From Clostridia bacterium (lineage in GTDB: Bacteria; Bacillota; Clostridia; RUG12999): DNA of 64,000 bases. The stretch is taken from assembly GCA_045648785.1 (NCBI GenBank), contig JAZROP010000003.1, positions 7,074-71,073 of the forward strand, in the 5' to 3' direction. The translations under genes were made by a program, and so were the position numbers. Below are positions 59,261 to 64,000 of this stretch, in pieces (the stretch's first letter is position 1; every line of letters begins with the position of its first letter). The notes beneath the pieces were generated by a model, which did not search any database, had not been told where the DNA came from, and saw only the letters and a program-made list of their open reading frames with translations.

Positions 59261-60124
59261 TTAGTCGGATTCCAAACTTTTAAGATCATCACCTGTAGTG
59301 TCATCAGTCCTGCTTGACATACGCTTTAATATCTTTATATCATCAACAGAGTATGATTTTATTGCCGGTGAATCGGGGAATTTTACGGTGACAGAGCGTT
59401 TTAAGGTTTCGGTACCGGTGACAGTGCCGTCACCATCCGGGGTATGCACCAGGGAACCTGTTCCCGGCATACCGGCATTAAGCTCTTCATAAACATCCTG
59501 CTCGTATTTTAAGCAACACATAAGTCTGCCGCAGGCACCCGATATCTTTGTAGGGTTAAGGGACAGGCTTTGTTCCTTTGCCATTTTTATTGATACGGGA
59601 ATAAATTCATCGAGAAAACTGTGACAACAGAGGTTCCTGCCGCACGCACCAAAGCCGCCCAGCATTTTAGCCTCGTCACGGACGCCTATTTGTCTGAGCT
59701 CTATTCTTGTGTGGAAAACCGTTGCAAGGTCTTTTACAAGCTCGCGGAAATCAACACGACCATCTGCAGTAAAATAAAAGAGAGCCTTGCCACAGTCAAA
59801 TGTATATTCAACATCTACAAGTTTCATGTTAAGTCCGTGTTTTGCAATTTTCTCAAGAGCAATTTTAAAAGCTTCCTTGCTTTTTTCGGCGTTTTTATAA
59901 TGAGTTTTTTCATCCTCAGCAGTTGCTTTACGGATAACCGGTTTAAGAGGAGAGCTAATGCTTTCCTCGGAAACCTGTTTGTTAGCAATCGCAACAGTGC
60001 CGAATTCAACGCCTCTTGAGGTTTCAACAATTACATGCTCGCCACAATTAAAGGTTTGTCCTTCAGGAGAAAAATAATATATTTTATAAAATTTTTTAAA
60101 TCTTACACCAACAATTTCTACCAA
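59261..60124 (-). CDS. ricT: PSP1-domain protein YaaT/RicT (stage 0 sporulation, RNA-maturation Ric complex)
   Basis: VEIVGVRFKK...YYF conserved N-terminus and C-terminal Cys cluster CGRNLCCHSF...CGRLMCC. TTG start at 60124 with RBS GGAGGT at 6-7 nt spacing. Synteny with holB. Confidence 0.8.
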   Translation of the reverse strand: MVEIVGVRFKKFYKIYYFSPEGQTFNCGEHVIVETSRGVEFGTVAIANKQVSEESISSPLKPVIRKATAEDEKTHYKNAEKSKEAFKIALEKIAKHGLNMKLVDVEYTFDCGKALFYFTADGRVDFRELVKDLATVFHTRIELRQIGVRDEAKMLGGFGACGRNLCCHSFLDEFIPVSIKMAKEQSLSLNPTKISGACGRLMCCLKYEQDVYEELNAGMPGTGSLVHTPDGDGTVTGTETLKRSVTVKFPDSPAIKSYSVDDIKILKRMSSRTDDTTGDDLKSLESD

Positions 60125-61095
60125 CCCAGTACCTCCTTGCTGCCAAAAACAAATGAATTCGCAAGAAGCGAAAAATTCACATTTGAAAGTAGCATTTTTT
60201 TGCATTTTATAATGTGATCTGTAAAAGCCATACAACCTTTAAGGGTTGTACAGTTTATAAATTTTGCAGCTGAAAAACAATCGTCATCTGGGGAATATTC
60301 TCTGCCAAGATGGTACATTGTAAGTTCGCGTGCAAAACTGATGAAAATATCAAAGATATCCTCAGCAGTATCTTTATTCTCTTCAATAAAAGATACCATT
60401 TCAAAGAGTTTTGTTTTATCCTTAAAAAATAAATCAAACAGTCCTGCGAGGTCTTTCCTTAATGAAAGAAAACTTCCGCCAGAAACGAGCGACAAGGCTT
60501 TTCCGCAATTGCCGTCCGCAAAGGATATTACAGAGTCCGGTGCATCGGATATGCCGTGTGCCGCCAAAACGGAGCGGATTTCGCTTTCGGTATATGGCTG
60601 AAAGGATAACTTAATACACCTTGAAAGAACTGTTTCAAGAAAAAAGTTGCTGTTTGAGGTCAGCAATATGAAAACTATATATGAAGGGGGTTCTTCAAGC
60701 ATTTTTAAAAGTGCATTTTGTGCCTGAATTCCCATCTTTTCTGCATCAGGAATGATTATTATTTTTTTGTCTGCCGAATAGGGCTTTATCATAACTGTCT
60801 CATATAGTGCCCGAATAGAATCGACTGAAATAGTTTGTTTGCCGTCTGTAGGGAGAACAGTTATAATGTCCGGATGATTTCCTGAAATAGCGAGTCTGCA
60901 ATGCTGGCATGTGCCACAGGCGGTTTTGCTTTCACAGACAAGCTGACGCGCGAAAGCACGGGCAAGAGTTTTCTTGCCCATGCCAGAGTCGCCTTCAAAA
61001 ATATAAGCATGTGATAATCTGTCCGAGGCAATACTGCCGGACAAAAGCGATTTGAGCGATGATTGACCGATTACGCTGTTTATACCCTGATTCAT
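60118..61095 (-). CDS. holB: DNA polymerase III delta' subunit
   Basis: HAYIFEGDSGMGKKTLA Walker A-like motif and zinc module CESKTACGTCQHC. Confidence 0.85.
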   Translation of the reverse strand: MNQGINSVIGQSSLKSLLSGSIASDRLSHAYIFEGDSGMGKKTLARAFARQLVCESKTACGTCQHCRLAISGNHPDIITVLPTDGKQTISVDSIRALYETVMIKPYSADKKIIIIPDAEKMGIQAQNALLKMLEEPPSYIVFILLTSNSNFFLETVLSRCIKLSFQPYTESEIRSVLAAHGISDAPDSVISFADGNCGKALSLVSGGSFLSLRKDLAGLFDLFFKDKTKLFEMVSFIEENKDTAEDIFDIFISFARELTMYHLGREYSPDDDCFSAAKFINCTTLKGCMAFTDHIIKCKKMLLSNVNFSLLANSFVFGSKEVLGW

Positions 61096-61098
61096 TGA

Positions 61099-61416
61099 TT
61101 AAAGTTTTATAAAATTGTCAACATCCAGAACAAATACGGTTGCACCGCCCACTTCAATTTCAATGGGATAGGGCATAACGCCACCGAAAGGAGCCTGGTT
61201 TGTTGTAATCTGTTTACGAGTGCTGCAGGTGGATTTTATAATTGAAAATACTTCTTCAACTTTTTCTTCCTCTACGCCCACAATCACCGTGGTGTTTCCG
61301 GAACGGAGGAATCCGCCTGTTGTAGCGAGTCTTGTTACGCTAAAACCGTTTTTGGTGAGAACGGAAATGAGCTCACTCGAATCGTCAGAACTTACGATAG
61401 CCATAATTAATTTCAT
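61099..61416 (-). CDS. darA: Cyclic-di-AMP receptor DarA (YaaQ, PII-like, DUF970)
   Basis: 105 aa. MKLIMAIVSSDDSSELISVLTKNGFSVTRLATTGGFLRSGNTTV matches B. subtilis YaaQ/DarA. Conserved position next to holB. Confidence 0.8.
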   Translation of the reverse strand: MKLIMAIVSSDDSSELISVLTKNGFSVTRLATTGGFLRSGNTTVIVGVEEEKVEEVFSIIKSTCSTRKQITTNQAPFGGVMPYPIEIEVGGATVFVLDVDNFIKL

Positions 61417-61471
61417 ATTAGTTACCTCCGTGTTTTTATTTATTTTATTTTATCATAAATATGTCTGATTG

Positions 61472-62893
61472 TCAATCTGTCAGAATTTCAACTGCTTTCG
61501 CATATTGACGGTCAACTGTTGTTTTTATGTCTGAGGTTGCATTATCAAGCTCCGTCTGAGTCATAATGTCAAGCACACCTGTAACATCAAGCCCTTGCTT
61601 TTCCTGGAAAAGTTTTATTGCATCAACAGTATCTTGGTCAAATACACCATCTACCGTTCCTGGAGAGATTGAAAGAAGTTTCAGCCTTAGTTCTGCTGCC
61701 TCTATAGCTTCGGGAGCAGAAGATTCATTTATTTCCAGAGCAAACTGCATCTTTGGATAATCGGGATTTTCATTGAGCTTACGAGTTACATTTTTAACAT
61801 AAAAATTTGGTTCTACACCCACTCTGTCAACAAAGGAGCCGCCGGCTGACTGATAAAGCGCAACGGTAAGTTTGATCGCACCACCGGTTATAACACGCTG
61901 AATAACCTGCATACTGCCCTTGCCAAATGTTGTGCGACCGACTACAGTTGCGGCCTTGGCATCCTTCATTGACGCGGAAAATGCCTCGGCAGCACTTGCA
62001 CTGTTTTCGTTTGCAAGTATTACAATCTTATATTTGCCGGAGTTATTTTTGTCATTTTTATATACTATGTTGTTTTTTTCGTTTTTATAATTTATATAGA
62101 GAATATCACCTTTAGGCATGAAAAGACGCAGCGTGTCAAGCAGAGAATTAAGTTCACCGCCGGGATTGTTGCGAACATCAATTATAAGTTTTTTGATTTT
62201 TTTACTGTCAAAGTCCTTGAGTGCTGCAGCAACATCTTTTGGAGTGGTTTCAGCAAAGCTTGAAATGCCTATATACCCAAAACCTTCGTCAGTTACTGAG
62301 TAAGACACAGTTGTCTGTTCGACAGGTGCACGGGTTATTGCAAAGGTAATAATCTGGTCATCACGGAGAACGCCAACATTAACAACTGTACCGATATCTC
62401 CGACTATAAGACTGCGGACGGATTCTATTGTCTTTCCTATGACATCTTCGCCGTCAACGCTGACAATTTTATCACCTGCCTGCATACCTGCGAGCTCAGC
62501 ACCCGAACCGCTGATGGGTGACACAACTACTATATACTGCCCGCGCTGCTCGATGGTAACGCCTATTCCGACAAAAGTGCCGCTTAAACTTTCCATCCAG
62601 GAATTATATTCTTCAGCTGTCATGTATGTGGAGTAATCGTCCATATCCTCCATCATGCCTTCTATGGCAACGCTAAGCATATCGGGGTTTTCTTCAAGGA
62701 CTTTTTTAAGGGCTTTTCGATAAATATCCTCGCCCTCTACACCGTGTTTGTAATTGTTTTTAATATATGATTGCACATTGTTTGCATATCTTGGTGCAAT
62801 TCCGGCAAGCAGACTGTCAACACTTTCTTCGGAAGCAAGAGCCGGAGTGCAAATAATAACAATACATAAAATAAATGATAGAATTTTTTTCAT
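61472..62893 (-). CDS. S41-family carboxyl-terminal processing protease (CtpA-like) with C-terminal peptidoglycan-binding domain
   Basis: Signal peptide, PDZ region, catalytic GASASAAEAFS and TFGKGS motifs, and C-terminal PG_binding_1 (VDGVFDQDTVDAIKLFQEKQGLDVTGV). Confidence 0.85.
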   Translation of the reverse strand: MKKILSFILCIVIICTPALASEESVDSLLAGIAPRYANNVQSYIKNNYKHGVEGEDIYRKALKKVLEENPDMLSVAIEGMMEDMDDYSTYMTAEEYNSWMESLSGTFVGIGVTIEQRGQYIVVVSPISGSGAELAGMQAGDKIVSVDGEDVIGKTIESVRSLIVGDIGTVVNVGVLRDDQIITFAITRAPVEQTTVSYSVTDEGFGYIGISSFAETTPKDVAAALKDFDSKKIKKLIIDVRNNPGGELNSLLDTLRLFMPKGDILYINYKNEKNNIVYKNDKNNSGKYKIVILANENSASAAEAFSASMKDAKAATVVGRTTFGKGSMQVIQRVITGGAIKLTVALYQSAGGSFVDRVGVEPNFYVKNVTRKLNENPDYPKMQFALEINESSAPEAIEAAELRLKLLSISPGTVDGVFDQDTVDAIKLFQEKQGLDVTGVLDIMTQTELDNATSDIKTTVDRQYAKAVEILTD

Positions 62894-62915
62894 TATTTCT
62901 CACCTTTCATACCAA

Positions 62916-63965
62916 TTAGTTTGTGAGTATGGAGTAAACTCTGTATAGCCCACCACGGATGGGAGCATCTGCATAAATTGTGCAGGGAATATCAACTCCA
63001 AGAGTGGAGGTTTCGATTTCGGTTGTGCGTACATAGGCACGCATATATTTCGAAGTGTAAAAGTTTTTAAAGGTTCCATCCTCACCCGCAAGTGTCAGTT
63101 TCCCCGATGTACTGTCATACAGCCAGAGAGTACCGCTGAAATTCTTGGGTGTGGGACGGTATTCCTCTTTTATTTCATAATCCATAACTCTTATGAAAAG
63201 TACAGTGTTGTCTTTATAATAAATCTTAACATTGTCACCGTTTCTGAGCACTCCCGAAATATCAGGCTGACCTTTGCCGAAAACAACAGTTTCTCCTGAA
63301 ATGTCGGCAAACGGAGAAGCAATGTTTTTTCCGGTTGACCGGATAGTGAAAGACTGACCGGAGGCGTAACATGTTATACTGCGTGTATAATCGTCACCGG
63401 AAATTTTAATATTTATACCGGTTACTTTCCCGGCAGCGGAACGCATTTTGAGTTTTGCCAGAATATATGTTTCAAATTTTTCTAGCAAAAGACAGATATC
63501 ATCTCTTGAAATATATCTGTATGGCGCAAAATAGTTCACATCTGCGGCAGAGAAAAAGCCGTATTTGTAAAGGGATGCATAGTAGGGGGCATATGCCGGG
63601 TCAATGTATGTATTTGCCGGAAGGCCAGTGTTAACTATAAAAACCTTGTGGGCGATTGTGAGCCATTTTATGAGGTTCTGCGCAGATACATTCGCATCTC
63701 TTGCAAGTGGAGATTCGGAATTTTTGTAGGCGTCTTCAAATTCAGCGCGGTTTATAAGTCCCTCTTTTAAAGCATAAAGGTAATATCCGTCCGCCCAGGA
63801 TAAGTCGTCAAATTTTCCAAGACCGGCAAGATTTCTTTCTGATTGGTTATAGGCAAGCGCATTAGCATCCTTCTCTTTGCCGATTGTGCGGAAAACAAGC
63901 CTGAGAGCGAGAGCATTGGAAAGCTTCTCGTCCGGTAAAAACCTGTTTGCAGTTGAATGATACAT
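62916..63965 (-). CDS. Hypothetical protein (no recognisable domain; no RBS; start 35 nt from window end). It may be incomplete or mis-started.
   Basis: 349 aa ORF. The codon preceding its ATG is a stop and there is no convincing RBS. No signal peptide. The remaining 35 nt of the window carry no further ORF. Confidence 0.35.
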   Translation of the reverse strand: MYHSTANRFLPDEKLSNALALRLVFRTIGKEKDANALAYNQSERNLAGLGKFDDLSWADGYYLYALKEGLINRAEFEDAYKNSESPLARDANVSAQNLIKWLTIAHKVFIVNTGLPANTYIDPAYAPYYASLYKYGFFSAADVNYFAPYRYISRDDICLLLEKFETYILAKLKMRSAAGKVTGINIKISGDDYTRSITCYASGQSFTIRSTGKNIASPFADISGETVVFGKGQPDISGVLRNGDNVKIYYKDNTVLFIRVMDYEIKEEYRPTPKNFSGTLWLYDSTSGKLTLAGEDGTFKNFYTSKYMRAYVRTTEIETSTLGVDIPCTIYADAPIRGGLYRVYSILTN

Positions 63966-64000
63966 TAGTCCGAGTGCAACAAAATTTTCCGCCTGAGCAG

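Noticed and set aside
1-64000. Searched for CRISPR repeats, tRNA/rRNA genes, integrase/transposase/recombinase genes, prophage structural genes, and defence-system signatures (restriction enzymes, helicase-nuclease pairs, toxin-antitoxin pairs)
   Set aside because: I saw no regularly spaced direct repeats, no cloverleaf-compatible conserved tRNA segments in the intergenic regions, and no recombinase-like ORFs. The window appears to be core chromosome, and I found no canonical novel defence system.

Overview
This window reads as a 64 kb stretch of core chromosome from a low-GC, spore-forming Firmicute (Clostridia-like). About 59 protein-coding genes are tightly packed, with strong sigma-A-like promoters and GC-rich hairpin terminators, often bidirectional. 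I found no rRNA, tRNA, CRISPR array, integrase, transposase or obvious foreign island. From the 5' end, the main blocks are as follows. (1) A glutamate-fermentation (methylaspartate pathway) cluster: citD' (partial), citE and citF (citrate/citramalate lyase gamma/beta/alpha), a GntR regulator, glutamate mutase glmS-glmL-glmE, methylaspartate ammonia-lyase, and an AspT/YidE-type transporter. (2) A small accessory-looking patch: a Cys-rich duplicated-motif hypothetical, a secreted GH26-like hydrolase, an NlpC/P60-like amidase-domain protein and a DUF554 membrane protein. (3) Housekeeping genes: ispE, radA, a GT2 plus acyltransferase-3 pair, rubrerythrin with a flavodiiron-rubredoxin fusion, yceD-rpmF, a DUF512-PDZ protein, der and plsY. 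(4) An envelope locus: murJ, an O-antigen-ligase-like protein, a GT4 and two paralogous small membrane-anchored proteins. (5) More housekeeping: tig-clpP-clpX, a secreted charged-repeat protein, a SPOCS-LysM spore-coat-like protein, greA-lysS, Na/Pi cotransporter, Fe-ADH, HAD hydrolase, a two-component system, and an RpiR regulator with an unusual YerC-like/SAM-methyltransferase fusion. (6) The ykgJ-like trkA-trkH genes, asd, spoIID, a LysM-GH18 cortex-lytic-like enzyme, a wecB-GT-GT-DegT surface-polysaccharide operon, ferredoxin, yaaT(ricT)-holB-darA(yaaQ), a CtpA-like S41 protease and an edge-truncated hypothetical. The most interesting items are the compact glutamate-mutase/lyase catabolic island with palindromic GntR-type operators, several uncharacterised proteins (the Cys-rich duplicated protein, the DUF4330-like pair, the YerC-methyltransferase fusion), and a structured leader upstream of the AspT-type transporter. 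I did not recognise a canonical defence or toxin system.
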